A stretch of 64,000 nt of DNA. It comes from a virus. Position 1 is the stretch's first letter. Every line of letters starts with the position of its first letter. Position numbers and translations under genes: made by a program. The notes under the pieces were generated by a model, which saw only the letters and a list, made by a program, of their open reading frames with translations, did not search any database and was not told where the DNA came from. This document shows positions 28,735 to 38,662 of the stretch, piece by piece. The DNA is taken from positions 53,582 to 117,581 of IMG/VR virus record IMGVR_UViG_3300021963_000047, one strand, 5' to 3'.

Positions 28735-30483
28735 ATGGCACAATTATTTGGATTTGAATTCAAAAGATTAGAAAAAGACGACCAGCTCCCATCGTTTGTT
28801 CCAAAAGAAAACGATGATGGAGCTGTCGTTGTTTCAGCTGGTGGTTCTTATGGGACTTATGTCGACTTAGATGGCACTGTAAGAACCGAAGCAGAACTTG
28901 TATCAAAATATAGAGAAATGGCTATACAGCCAGAAATAGATGCTGCAGTAGATGAAATTATTAATGCATCTATCTGTGTTGATGAAAATGAAATAGTTAA
29001 AATAGATTTAGATAATACAAATTTAGATAGTAAAATAAAAAAAGCTGTAGATTATGAATTTAAAAATGTTTTAAATTTGATAGATTTTAATAATACTGCC
29101 TATGACACTTATAAGAGATGGTATATTGATGGAAGATTGTACTATCATGTAGTCATAGATGACAAAGATACAAAGTCTGGTATTAGAGAAATAAGATATA
29201 TTGATCCACGTAAGATTAGAAAAGTAAAAGAAGTTTCTAAAAAAAGATCTAAGAATAGTGAAGTCACACTAACAAAGACTGAAGCAGAATATTATATTTT
29301 CAATGACAGAGGATTTAATGTTGGCAACAAAAATATAGGACCAACAACACATCAGTCTGGTTTAAAAATTGCAAAAGATTCAATCATACATGTAACATCA
29401 GGTTTGACAGATACGTATGGGACAATGGTCTTATCACATCTTCACAAAGGTATTAAGCCTTTAAATCAGCTTCGTACACTAGAAGATGCTACAGTAATTT
29501 ATCGTATTTCACGTGCTCCAGAACGTCGTCTATGGTATATCGACGTTGGTAACTTGCCTAAGATGAAGGCAGAGCAGTACGTAAGAGAAATCATGGTTAA
29601 ACACAAGAATCGTCTTGTTTATGATGCTGCTTCCGGTGAGATTAGAGACGATAGAAAATTCATGACGATGTTGGAAGATTATTGGCTTCCACGTCGCGAA
29701 GGCGGAAGAGGTACGGAGGTTACTACCCTTCCTGCCGGTCAAAATTTAGGCGAGATGGAAGATGTACTTTACTTCCAAAAGAAACTTTATAGATCACTGA
29801 ATGTTCCTGTAAGCAGATTAGAACAAGAAAATACTGGATTTAATCTTGGAAGATCATCTGAAATTACAAGAGAAGAAGTAAAATTTGCTAAGTTTATTTC
29901 TAGACTTAGAAGAAAATTCTCTACATTGTTCTTGAGTCTATTAGAAAAACAACTCGTTCTTAAGGGCATCATGACAATTGAAGAATGGAAAGCATATTCA
30001 AAAGTTATAACTTTTGATTTTGCAAATGATGGTTTCTTCAAAGAATTAAAAGACAATGAAATTACAGTAGCAAGATTAGATACGTATAATGCTATAGCAC
30101 CTCTAATTGGAAAATATTATTCTCATAGCTGGGTAAGAAAGAATATCTTACAACAGACTCGTGAAGATATAGATGAGATGAATCAAGAAATAATGGCAGA
30201 ACAAATGGATCCTATATTAAATCCACCTATGGTTGATGATGGATCTGGTAATTTGGTGCCAAATCCATCTTCTGCTCAAAATATTTCTGCACCAGCAGAT
30301 TCTGGCGGTGATTCTAGCAAATTAACTCAAGCTACAAATACTTATCAACGCTTAATAAATAAAGATAATAAATCTTTACAAGATCAAGCCAAATTGAAGT
30401 CTGCGTCGCAGATCATAGCAAAAAGCGGTGATCCTAGAGCAAAACAAATTTTACAGAAATATAATGCTGGAGTTAAATTATGA
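28735..30483 (+). CDS. gp20: Portal protein gp20
   Basis: WYIDGRL, IDPRKI, YRISRAPERR.WYIDVGNLPK and EDYWLPRREGGRGTE. Confidence 0.96.
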   Translation: MAQLFGFEFKRLEKDDQLPSFVPKENDDGAVVVSAGGSYGTYVDLDGTVRTEAELVSKYREMAIQPEIDAAVDEIINASICVDENEIVKIDLDNTNLDSKIKKAVDYEFKNVLNLIDFNNTAYDTYKRWYIDGRLYYHVVIDDKDTKSGIREIRYIDPRKIRKVKEVSKKRSKNSEVTLTKTEAEYYIFNDRGFNVGNKNIGPTTHQSGLKIAKDSIIHVTSGLTDTYGTMVLSHLHKGIKPLNQLRTLEDATVIYRISRAPERRLWYIDVGNLPKMKAEQYVREIMVKHKNRLVYDAASGEIRDDRKFMTMLEDYWLPRREGGRGTEVTTLPAGQNLGEMEDVLYFQKKLYRSLNVPVSRLEQENTGFNLGRSSEITREEVKFAKFISRLRRKFSTLFLSLLEKQLVLKGIMTIEEWKAYSKVITFDFANDGFFKELKDNEITVARLDTYNAIAPLIGKYYSHSWVRKNILQQTREDIDEMNQEIMAEQMDPILNPPMVDDGSGNLVPNPSSAQNISAPADSGGDSSKLTQATNTYQRLINKDNKSLQDQAKLKSASQIIAKSGDPRAKQILQKYNAGVKL

Positions 30484-30755
30484 CAGACAATGTTGATACA
30501 TTAAAAGATATGATCCATCATGCTGTGGATGAAAAGCCACTTGACTTTCAAGATAAGTTTAATTCTATGCTAGTTGATAGAATAGCAGATGCTATAAATA
30601 ATAAAAAAATTGAAGTAGCTCAGAGCATGTTTAGTTCTGAAACAGAATCGGAATCGGAAGAAGAAGTATCTACAGAAGACTCAACTGACGAAGATTCTAC
30701 CGAAGAATTGGAATCAGATACAGAGGAAACACAGGAAAATGGCGAAGAATCTTAG
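30480..30755 (+). CDS. Prohead core protein (gp67-like), acidic
   Basis: Small Glu-rich protein directly after the portal; T4 synteny. Confidence 0.6.
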   Translation: MTDNVDTLKDMIHHAVDEKPLDFQDKFNSMLVDRIADAINNKKIEVAQSMFSSETESESEEEVSTEDSTDEDSTEELESDTEETQENGEES

Positions 30756-31572
30756 AGATATTGTAAGCAAAAATGCTGGTAGAGATGTTCCTAAGGGAGA
30801 AGAAGATTTTCTCGCTACACATACTTATGCCGATCCTGGTGATGTTAATAAAAATAAAAATGTATTTAAAGCTGACAATGTAAAGCCAGAAGCTAAAGTT
30901 CAAAAGAATGATCCAGGTAAAAGACACGGTTATCGTAGTGTAGAAGCAGCAGCTGCAGCTTATGAAGAAACTGAAGTTGAAGAACAACAAAATAAAACAA
31001 AAAAAAGCAAGTCTGGAAAACTTGGTTCTGAAGACGATAGAAATGTAGATTCACCAACATATGGGTATTCTACAGGTTCAACAGGAGTTTCTGAACAAGT
31101 TGATGGAACAGAAACTGCTGCGCAGAGAAGATGGTATCAAAATGTACCAAGAAAACCAGATGGCGTATATACACAGACAATGTCTGGAGTTTTACCAGCA
31201 CATCCATCGCCAGTTCAAGGTGGAGGAGTTGATACACAACCAGAAGCTCCACAAAATCAACCAAATTGGATTTCACCTAGACAAGAATGGTTAAACAATC
31301 GTAAACCAAAGCGTGCAGTCAGTGAAGCAAAATGTAATATGACTGCAGAAAATGTAAATTGTCCAGTTCACGGTCTTAAAGAATGTTGGAAAGAAGATAC
31401 ATTCTATCATGGTAAAGAACTTGGTGAAAGAGAAATGTCTGATGCTGAGATGAAGAAGCGTGAAGATATTGTTAAAGGAATGAAGAAAAACATTGCAGGA
31501 TTTAAGCAGAGATACGGTGAAAAAGCAAAGTCTGTTATGTATGCTACTGCAACTAAAAAGGCAATGTCATGA
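30739..31572 (+). CDS. Probable internal head/core protein (gp68 position)
   Basis: Low-complexity charged protein between gp67-like and gp21. Contains EAKCNMT...CPVHG..EC and a C-terminal KKREDIVKGMKK...VMYATATK module. Confidence 0.5.
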   Translation: MAKNLRDIVSKNAGRDVPKGEEDFLATHTYADPGDVNKNKNVFKADNVKPEAKVQKNDPGKRHGYRSVEAAAAAYEETEVEEQQNKTKKSKSGKLGSEDDRNVDSPTYGYSTGSTGVSEQVDGTETAAQRRWYQNVPRKPDGVYTQTMSGVLPAHPSPVQGGGVDTQPEAPQNQPNWISPRQEWLNNRKPKRAVSEAKCNMTAENVNCPVHGLKECWKEDTFYHGKELGEREMSDAEMKKREDIVKGMKKNIAGFKQRYGEKAKSVMYATATKKAMS

Positions 31573-31814
31573 TTGTTGTTAAAGCTCTTTCAAATACAGT
31601 TAGTATTGGTTCTGCTAACACAGTTTCAGATGCTAAATTAGTCATGGTCAGTAATCCTGGAGCTCATGGTAACGTTGCTATTCAGTATGCAAATGGAACT
31701 CAATACGCTAGTGTACCAGTTGGAAATACTTTTCCAGTAATCATAGAAAAAACTACTACAGATTTATTAGTTGGTACTAATATGTTTGCAGTTGAAGTAG
31801 CATATAGGAACTAA
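31569..31814 (+). CDS. Small hypothetical virion protein
   Basis: 81-aa beta-rich ORF coupled between head genes. Confidence 0.55.
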   Translation: MIVVKALSNTVSIGSANTVSDAKLVMVSNPGAHGNVAIQYANGTQYASVPVGNTFPVIIEKTTTDLLVGTNMFAVEVAYRN

Positions 31815-31815
31815 G

Positions 31816-32490
31816 ATGAAACTCATAGCAGAACAAATAGTAGATGTACAATATATCTCTGAAGCAAAAGAAAATGGTGAAAAAGAACATTTCATTAAAG
31901 GTATATTCTTACAGGCTGAACAAAAAAATCGTAATGGTAGAATTTACAGAAAACCAATTCTAGAAAAAGAATTGGACAGATATGTTAGAGAAAATGTAAG
32001 CAATAACAGAGCGTATGGTGAGCTTGGTCATCCACAAGGACCGTCAATTAATTTAGATCGTGTTTCACACATGATCACTGAATTAAAATGGTCGGGCAAT
32101 GATGTTATTGGAAAAGCAAAAATTACAGAAACACCAATGGGAAATATAGTTAAAGGCTTATTAAAGTCTGGAGCTAATTTAGGTGTTTCATCAAGAGGTA
32201 TGGGATCTCTAGTAGAAAAAAATGGAATCATGGAAGTGCAAGACGATTTTCATCTTGCAACAGCAGCAGATATTGTTGCCGATCCATCTGCACCAAATGC
32301 ATTTGTTCAAGGTATCATGGAAAACGTAGATTGGGTCTATGATGAAAAGAACGGTATATGGATTCAAGAAACAGCAGAAAAAATTAAGACTCAATTGAAG
32401 AAGATGAAAATGGATGAGATTGAAGCAAATAAATTTGCTGTTTTCGAGAATTTCATTAACAGTATTTCACAAGGTAAAAGACTTATCTAA
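31816..32490 (+). CDS. gp21: Prohead protease gp21
   Basis: NRNGRIY, GELGHP, GVSSRGMGS and DIVADPSAP. Confidence 0.96.
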   Translation: MKLIAEQIVDVQYISEAKENGEKEHFIKGIFLQAEQKNRNGRIYRKPILEKELDRYVRENVSNNRAYGELGHPQGPSINLDRVSHMITELKWSGNDVIGKAKITETPMGNIVKGLLKSGANLGVSSRGMGSLVEKNGIMEVQDDFHLATAADIVADPSAPNAFVQGIMENVDWVYDEKNGIWIQETAEKIKTQLKKMKMDEIEANKFAVFENFINSISQGKRLI

Positions 32491-32502
32491 ATAAGATAAT
32501 TA

Positions 32503-32510
32503 TATAAATA
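32503..32510 (+). promoter_or_regulatory. T4-type late promoter TATAAATA (gp22)
   Basis: Exact consensus upstream of an AAGGAG RBS. Confidence 0.8.
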
Positions 32511-32540
32511 ATTATTAAAAATACTAAGGAGATCCTTAAA

Positions 32541-33560
32541 ATGAGTAAAGAACTAGAAAATAAAGAAATTGAAGTAACAGAGGGTGCAGAAGCTATTGAT
32601 GAAGCTTCTTCTGCTGCTGATACTCTAAAGCCTGCTGCAATGTCAGTAGCAGATCCAAAGTCAAGAGTTGAAATCATGAAGTCAATGATTGGTGCAATGG
32701 CTGAAATGCCAAAGCGCGATCTTGTTAAGTGGTTTGATCAGACACAAGCACAGTTTGGTCCTGGTAAGGATTATGGTGTTGGCGACAACTCAGCTAAGAA
32801 TAAAGCTTCTGTAGCTATGAAGTCATCAATCAGAGAAGATTTTGAAGTCATGTTTGAAGGTCAAGATCTTTCTGAAGAATTTAAAGAAAAAGCAACAACT
32901 CTTTTTGAAGCTGCAATTTCTTCTGCAATTTCAGTAGAAACAGCAAGATTAGAAGAAGAAATGGAACAGCGCCTAGCTGAGAAAGCTTCTGAAATCGAAG
33001 AGATGATGGCCGGCAAGTTAGACTCATATCTTGATTACGTTGTAGAATCATGGATGAAAGATAATGAAGTAGCGATTGAATCTGCACTTCGTAACGAGAT
33101 TATGGAAGAATTCATTAGTAGCCTTAAGAATGTATTCGAAGAACATTATATTTCTGTACCAGCAGAAAAGACTGATGTTCTAGAATCACTAGTAGCAAAG
33201 GTTGAAGAACTAGAAGCAAAACTAGATGAGGTTATTACTGAAAATAGTGAACTTAAGTCTAATGTTGTAGATCATGAAAAGAACGATGTGTTTGAGTCAC
33301 TTTGTTCAGATCTTGCTCTCACACAAGTAGAAAAGTTCCGCGCGCTTTCAGAAGGCATCGACTTTGACGGTGACCTTGACACGTACTCAAAGAAACTTTC
33401 AATCATTAAAGAAAGCTTCTTTAAGACATCTGAAAAGGCGCCCACACAAACTGTAGTAACTGAAGAGTTCGAAGAACAGGAAGCTTCTACAGATGTGGTC
33501 TATACTGATCCACGTGTCAAGTCATACGTGCAGGCAATCTCAAGAACGATTAAAAGATAA
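32541..33560 (+). CDS. gp22: Prohead scaffolding/core protein gp22
   Basis: LSEEFKEKATTLFEAA...YLDYVVE.W...; acidic coiled coil; T4 synteny. Confidence 0.93.
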   Translation: MSKELENKEIEVTEGAEAIDEASSAADTLKPAAMSVADPKSRVEIMKSMIGAMAEMPKRDLVKWFDQTQAQFGPGKDYGVGDNSAKNKASVAMKSSIREDFEVMFEGQDLSEEFKEKATTLFEAAISSAISVETARLEEEMEQRLAEKASEIEEMMAGKLDSYLDYVVESWMKDNEVAIESALRNEIMEEFISSLKNVFEEHYISVPAEKTDVLESLVAKVEELEAKLDEVITENSELKSNVVDHEKNDVFESLCSDLALTQVEKFRALSEGIDFDGDLDTYSKKLSIIKESFFKTSEKAPTQTVVTEEFEEQEASTDVVYTDPRVKSYVQAISRTIKR

Positions 33561-33565
33561 AATAG

Positions 33566-33573
33566 TATAAATA
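33566..33573 (+). promoter_or_regulatory. T4-type late promoter TATAAATA (gp23)
   Basis: Exact consensus upstream of an AAGGAG RBS. Confidence 0.8.
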
Positions 33574-33605
33574 ATTTAGAACCTTCGCTAAAAGGAGAAA
33601 GATAA

Positions 33606-34946
33606 ATGTTAGTAGAAGAAATTCAAAAGAAATGGGCGCCAATCCTAGAGCATTCAGACCTTAATCCAATTAAGGATGCTCATAAGCGTCAGGTAACTGC
33701 TCAGCTTCTTGAAAATACAGAAAGAGCTCTTCGTGAGTCAGGTGCTCACAGCCAGTTCCTTCTTTCAGAAGCATCACCAATTCCAGCAAACTTCATGGGC
33801 GCATCAAGCTCAGACGCTTCAACAGGCGCAATCGATACTTTCGATCCAGTATTGATTTCTCTTGTACGTCGTGCAATGCCTAACCTCATTGCTTATGACA
33901 TTGCTGGCGTTCAGACAATGACAGGTCCAACAGGACTTATCTTCGCAATGCGTTCACGTTACGCATCACAGTCTGGCACAGAAACATTCTACAACGAAGT
34001 TAACACAGCATTCTCTTCTGTAACATCAGGTGCTAACACACTTGGTCAGAAGCATGTTGGTACACTTCCAGGTGTTTCTAACAACGCTGCAAACGGTGCT
34101 TATAACTTCGGTTCAGGCATGTCAACAGCTCAGGCAGAAGCTCTCGGCACTGATTCCAACTCAGCATTCGCTGAAATGGCATTCAGCATTGAGAAGGTGA
34201 CTGTAACAGCTAAGTCACGTGCTCTCAAGGCAGAATATACAATGGAACTCGCTCAGGATCTTAAGGCAATTCACGGCCTTAATGCTGAAACAGAGCTTTC
34301 AAATATTCTTTCAGCTGAAATCATGGCTGAAATCAACCGTGAAGTTGTTCGTACAATCAACGTAACAGCTCAGTCAGGTGCACAAGAAGGCACAACAACT
34401 GCAGGTATCTTCGACCTCGATACAGACTCAAACGGCCGTTGGTCAGTTGAAAAGTTCAAGGGTCTTATGTTCCAGCTTGAAAGAGAAGCCAACCAAATTG
34501 CTAAGAACACACGTAGAGGTAAGGGTAACATTGTTATCTGTTCTTCTGACGTTGCTTCAGCACTTCAGATGGCAGGTGTTCTTGATTACACACCAGCTCT
34601 CAACAGCAACAATCTTCAGGTAGACGACACAGGTAACACATTCGCTGGTGTTCTTAACGGTCGCCTTCGTGTTTACATCGATCCATATGCAATCGGTGGC
34701 AACTACCTCACTGTTGGTTATAAGGGTGCATCAGCATTCGACGCTGGTCTCTTCTACTGCCCATACGTTCCTCTTCAGATGGTTCGTGCAGTTGACCAGA
34801 ACAGCTTCCAGCCAAAGATCGGCTTCAAGACACGTTACGGAATGGTTGCAAACCCATTCGCTGAAGGTGCTACAGCCGGCGCTGGTGCGCTTACAAAGGA
34901 TTCTAACGTCTACTATCGTAGAGTTATCGTTAACAACCTTATGTAA
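33606..34946 (+). CDS. gp23: Major capsid protein gp23
   Basis: KWAPILEH...LVRRAMPNLIAYD..GVQ.MTGPTGLIFAMR...KSRALKAEY..ELAQDLKA.HG...YCPYVPL...GFKTRYG. Confidence 0.98.
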   Translation: MLVEEIQKKWAPILEHSDLNPIKDAHKRQVTAQLLENTERALRESGAHSQFLLSEASPIPANFMGASSSDASTGAIDTFDPVLISLVRRAMPNLIAYDIAGVQTMTGPTGLIFAMRSRYASQSGTETFYNEVNTAFSSVTSGANTLGQKHVGTLPGVSNNAANGAYNFGSGMSTAQAEALGTDSNSAFAEMAFSIEKVTVTAKSRALKAEYTMELAQDLKAIHGLNAETELSNILSAEIMAEINREVVRTINVTAQSGAQEGTTTAGIFDLDTDSNGRWSVEKFKGLMFQLEREANQIAKNTRRGKGNIVICSSDVASALQMAGVLDYTPALNSNNLQVDDTGNTFAGVLNGRLRVYIDPYAIGGNYLTVGYKGASAFDAGLFYCPYVPLQMVRAVDQNSFQPKIGFKTRYGMVANPFAEGATAGAGALTKDSNVYYRRVIVNNLM

Positions 34947-34974
34947 TAAAGAACCGGGTCTACCGGTCGCCTAT

Positions 34975-35002
34975 AAAGGGAGCCTTCGGGCTCCCTTTTT
35001 TT
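34975..35002 (+). terminator. Rho-independent terminator after gp23
   Basis: AAAGGGAGCC-TTCG-GGCTCCCTTT hairpin (UUCG tetraloop) with a T-run. Confidence 0.9.
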
Positions 35003-35003
35003 A

Positions 35004-35011
35004 TATAAATA
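35004..35011 (+). promoter_or_regulatory. T4-type late promoter TATAAATA (gp3)
   Basis: Exact consensus between the terminator and a GAGGAG RBS. Confidence 0.75.
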
Positions 35012-35030
35012 GTATAAAATGAGGAGTCAC

Positions 35031-35552
35031 ATGGCAGCTATAGAAAATACACCAACAAATCCAAATTTTCTTTCACCGCTTAATTTTAAGTTTTCAATTA
35101 AGCGCGCGCCTCACATTAACTTCTTTATTCAAAAAATTAGTATACCGTCTTTAAACTTGCCATCATATAATTCTCCTAATCCATTTGTTAAAATACCGGA
35201 ACCCGGTGAACACATAGATTATGGAGATCTTGAACTTACATTTAGAGTAGATGAAAATTTAAAAAACTATTTAGAAATTCACAATTGGATACGTGCATTA
35301 GGAAAACCTAAAGACTTCTCTGAGTATAGAGCTCTTTCTCAAAATAAAAACTATACTGGTGATGGTATAAGATCTGATATATCTTTAACAATACTATCAA
35401 GCGCTAAAAATGCAAACTATGAAATAGTATTCACCGATGCTTATCCATATGAATTAAGCAAACTTACATTTGATACTACTGACCAAACGGTAGACTATAT
35501 CGAAGCTTCAGCCACATTTAAATACGTTTTATTTGAAATAAAAGATATTTAA
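35031..35552 (+). CDS. gp3: Tail tube terminator gp3
   Basis: NFLSP..FKF...PGE...YGDL..TF.VDENLKNY.EIHNW...F.DAYP..LS; follows gp23 as in many non-enteric T4-like phages. Confidence 0.88.
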   Translation: MAAIENTPTNPNFLSPLNFKFSIKRAPHINFFIQKISIPSLNLPSYNSPNPFVKIPEPGEHIDYGDLELTFRVDENLKNYLEIHNWIRALGKPKDFSEYRALSQNKNYTGDGIRSDISLTILSSAKNANYEIVFTDAYPYELSKLTFDTTDQTVDYIEASATFKYVLFEIKDI

Positions 35553-35555
35553 ACA

Positions 35556-35584
35556 TTTACAAATAGTTATTTGCGTGGTAATAT
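35556..35584 (+). promoter_or_regulatory. Sigma70-like early/middle promoter for the uvsY operon
   Basis: TTTACA-17 nt-TAATAT with an extended -10 TG. Confidence 0.6.
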
Positions 35585-35612
35585 AAAGAATATTATCAAC
35601 AAGAGATACGTC

Positions 35613-36047
35613 ATGAAGATTGAAGATATAGTTGAGATGTGGGCAAGTGATACTAAGATTGATAGTACCGAGCTAGCTGCCGAGAGTCTAAAGATCCCTG
35701 CACTACATAATAAATATTATCGTGTCTTCTTAGAAGAAAGACTTCGTCTTAAAAAGATGGAGTCAGAACTTAAATCTTTAAAGCTCGACAAGTATGAGTT
35801 TTATACTTTGGGACCTACTAAAGAAACACAAGAAAAAGGTTGGCAATTGCCAGCTAAGGGTATTATCTTAAAGCAAGATATCCCAATGTACATGGATGCT
35901 GATAAAGATATCATAGAAATGAATCTTAAAGTAGCATACCAGAATGAAAAAGTAGAATTGTTAGAGACTATTATCAAGTCTATTAGTAACAGAAACTTTA
36001 TCATTAAGAACGCTATTGATTGGAACAGATTTGTTATGGGTGGTTAA
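35613..36047 (+). CDS. uvsY: Recombination mediator UvsY
   Basis: D.KID...L..ESLKIP.LH.KY...R.F.IKNAIDW.RF..G; lies before uvsW. Confidence 0.9.
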   Translation: MKIEDIVEMWASDTKIDSTELAAESLKIPALHNKYYRVFLEERLRLKKMESELKSLKLDKYEFYTLGPTKETQEKGWQLPAKGIILKQDIPMYMDADKDIIEMNLKVAYQNEKVELLETIIKSISNRNFIIKNAIDWNRFVMGG

Positions 36048-37499
36048 TTGGATTCAGTTGAGATAAGTCGTCACGACGAAGTTTATATAAAGGTAAGATG
36101 CGAACCAGGTGTTGCTCAAGAACTGAGTGATTACTTTACATTCTTCGTGCCCGGTTATAAATTCATGCCAGCTTATAAGAATAAGTTTTGGGATGGTAAG
36201 ATACGTCTATTTAATCCATTGACTTGTCTCATATACACTGGTCTCATGCCATATGTTGAAAAATTCTGTAAAGAAAGAAATTATCTTGTAGATTATATAG
36301 ATGATTTTTCTTGTGAAGAATTTTCTTTGAAAGAAGCAAAAGACTTTGTTGCAAAGATTAAACCAACGATGCAACCAAGAGATTATCAGCTAGATGCTTT
36401 TGTATACGCTGTAAGAAATAGAAGAGCTCTTCTATTATCGCCGACGGCATCTGGTAAATCATTTATCATTTACTTACTAACGAGATACTACAATGCCCGT
36501 ACTCTTATTATTGTGCCAACTACTTCTTTGGTTAGCCAACTTGCTTCTGATTTTGCCGATTATGGCTTTGAATCTGATAGGTATGTACATAGAATATTCT
36601 CAGGACAAGATAAACAAACAGATAAACCAATTGTCATCTCAACATGGCAATCGATTTACAAGTTGGATAAAAAGTATTTCGAACAGTTTGATGTGGTCAT
36701 AGGCGATGAAGCGCACTTATTTAAAGCATCTTCTCTTACTTCTATTATTTCCAAGTTGCATCGCTGCCGTTATAAGTTTGGCTTTACGGGTACTCTCGAC
36801 GGGACTCAAACCCATAGATTGGTTTTAGAAGGCCTGTTTGGAGCAGTAAAGAAGGTTATATCTACATCAGAACTTATAGAACAAAAGTATCTTGCTGATT
36901 TTAGTATCAAAGCAATCGTACTTAAATATCCTGATGAAATAAAGAAGATGTTGAAAGATGCATCTTATCAGGATGAAATAGATTATATTGTTCGTAATGA
37001 TGCAAGAAACAGATTTATCAAAAATTTAGCATTATCATTGGATAATGGAAACACACTATTACTTTTTCAATACGTAGAGAAGCATGGTAAAATACTCTAT
37101 GATATGATTAAAAATGATGCTGGTGATAGAAAGATATTCTTTGTATCCGGCGAAGTAGATGGAGAAGAACGTGAGCAAATTCGTAAGATTGTTGAAACAG
37201 AACAGAATGCAATTATCGTCGCTAGTTACGGGACTTTCTCTACCGGCGTTAACATTCGCAACCTGCATAACGTTATATTTTCTTCTCCTTCGAAGTCACG
37301 GATAAGAAACTTGCAGTCGATTGGACGTGGATTAAGAAAGTCAGAGACCAAGACATCAAGCACGCTGTATGATATAGCAGATGATTTAACTTGGAAATCA
37401 AAAAAGAATCATACTCTTTTACACTTCATTGAGAGAATAAACATTTACAATGAAGAAAAATTTGAGTATAAGATATATACAGTAGGATTAAAAGCATGA
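36048..37499 (+). CDS. uvsW: DNA helicase UvsW (TTG start)
   Basis: WDGKIRL, PRDYQ, SPTASGKS, DEAH and QSIGRGLR. Confidence 0.95.
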   Translation: MDSVEISRHDEVYIKVRCEPGVAQELSDYFTFFVPGYKFMPAYKNKFWDGKIRLFNPLTCLIYTGLMPYVEKFCKERNYLVDYIDDFSCEEFSLKEAKDFVAKIKPTMQPRDYQLDAFVYAVRNRRALLLSPTASGKSFIIYLLTRYYNARTLIIVPTTSLVSQLASDFADYGFESDRYVHRIFSGQDKQTDKPIVISTWQSIYKLDKKYFEQFDVVIGDEAHLFKASSLTSIISKLHRCRYKFGFTGTLDGTQTHRLVLEGLFGAVKKVISTSELIEQKYLADFSIKAIVLKYPDEIKKMLKDASYQDEIDYIVRNDARNRFIKNLALSLDNGNTLLLFQYVEKHGKILYDMIKNDAGDRKIFFVSGEVDGEEREQIRKIVETEQNAIIVASYGTFSTGVNIRNLHNVIFSSPSKSRIRNLQSIGRGLRKSETKTSSTLYDIADDLTWKSKKNHTLLHFIERINIYNEEKFEYKIYTVGLKA

Positions 37500-37915
37500 C
37501 TCACGTTCTAGTAAAACTTACTAATAGAGATGATATCGTTGGAGTATTAGATACTGAAAATGATAATGCAGTAATCATTAAAGACCCAATGATACTAGTT
37601 ATTAAGCAAGATGATAATGACGAGACTGGTGCAATATTAATAAATTATATTCCATTTTCATCTCAAAATTATGTAGCTTTAAACAAGACAAACATTATCT
37701 CTATTATAAATTTAAGTGAAGACATGATTAAATATTACTTCGCTTCTAGAATCTACTGTTATAGAACTTTCGATAAAAATTTTACAGCAAATCTGAAAAG
37801 ATCTACGGAATACTTAGAAAACTATTTAAGTCAAAAACCAAAGAAAAAACCTAATTTAAAAGATGATGTTGTAAAATTTTATATGTCTCAACCAGCAAGC
37901 AATACGGTAAATTAA
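37496..37915 (+). CDS. Hypothetical protein (Sm-like N-terminus) between uvsW and gp55
   Basis: VKLTNRDDIVG...IKDPM pattern; coupled overlaps with neighbours. Confidence 0.55.
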   Translation: MTHVLVKLTNRDDIVGVLDTENDNAVIIKDPMILVIKQDDNDETGAILINYIPFSSQNYVALNKTNIISIINLSEDMIKYYFASRIYCYRTFDKNFTANLKRSTEYLENYLSQKPKKKPNLKDDVVKFYMSQPASNTVN

Positions 37916-38475
37916 TGGCAACAAAGCATTACGTTAACAATAAGACATTATATGAGCATATGAAAGTATATCATGAAAAGCTTATGTTGTCTAAAGAAAA
38001 CAATCAACCAAAACCACCCATTCCCAATTATATTGGTGAGTGTGTTCTTCTTATTTGTACTAAGCTATCATATAAACCAAACTTCATGAACTATTCATAT
38101 AGAGATGACATGATTGCAGATGGTATTGAAAACTGCATTGCTTCTGTAGATAATTTTAATCCTGCAAAATCGACTAATCCATTTGCATACTTTACACAGA
38201 TTGCGTGGAATGCATTTCTTCGCAGGATTGCAAAAGAAAAGAAACAAACATATATTAAACATAAGAACTTCGAAAACCAGTTTACCAATGAAGAAATGGA
38301 TTCTATCTTTCATGATAGACAAGCTGCTGTTGGCAGCCATACAAATGAATACTCTTCTGAAATCATTCGTTCTTTCGAAGAGAAAGAACTATTGACAAAA
38401 CAGAAGAAAAAGAATAAGTTAGAAGAACTCATGATTGAAAATAATGTGGAGATTGAAGATGAACTTGAAGCATAA
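37915..38475 (+). CDS. gp55: Late-transcription sigma factor gp55
   Basis: HYVNNK...YIGEC...LSYKPNF.NYSYRDDMI.DGIENC...NPFAYFTQI...AFLRRI.KEKKQ. Confidence 0.95.
   Translation: MATKHYVNNKTLYEHMKVYHEKLMLSKENNQPKPPIPNYIGECVLLICTKLSYKPNFMNYSYRDDMIADGIENCIASVDNFNPAKSTNPFAYFTQIAWNAFLRRIAKEKKQTYIKHKNFENQFTNEEMDSIFHDRQAAVGSHTNEYSSEIIRSFEEKELLTKQKKKNKLEELMIENNVEIEDELEA
38392..38420 (+). promoter_or_regulatory. Sigma70-like promoter embedded in the gp55 3' end
   Basis: TTGACA-17 nt-TAAGTT, upstream of the GGAG/ATG at 38459. Confidence 0.45.
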
Positions 38476-38662
38476 TATGCATCTTGTTCCTCAGATTGTG
38501 CAAGATCTGGTGGAAAGTGCATTCAATGAAACAAAACATGAAAATGAAAGAACAAACTATATTCATCGGATTGAAGCAATCCGTGATTATTGCAATGCAG
38601 CAGTCAACAAGTATAATACTGCTAGACCAATTAACAAGCCTAATACGAGAGTCATGCGTTGA
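38459..38662 (+). CDS. Small hypothetical protein
   Basis: GGAG RBS; R.NY..R.EAIRDYC motif seen in T4-like phages near gp47. Confidence 0.6.
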   Translation: MNLKHNMHLVPQIVQDLVESAFNETKHENERTNYIHRIEAIRDYCNAAVNKYNTARPINKPNTRVMR

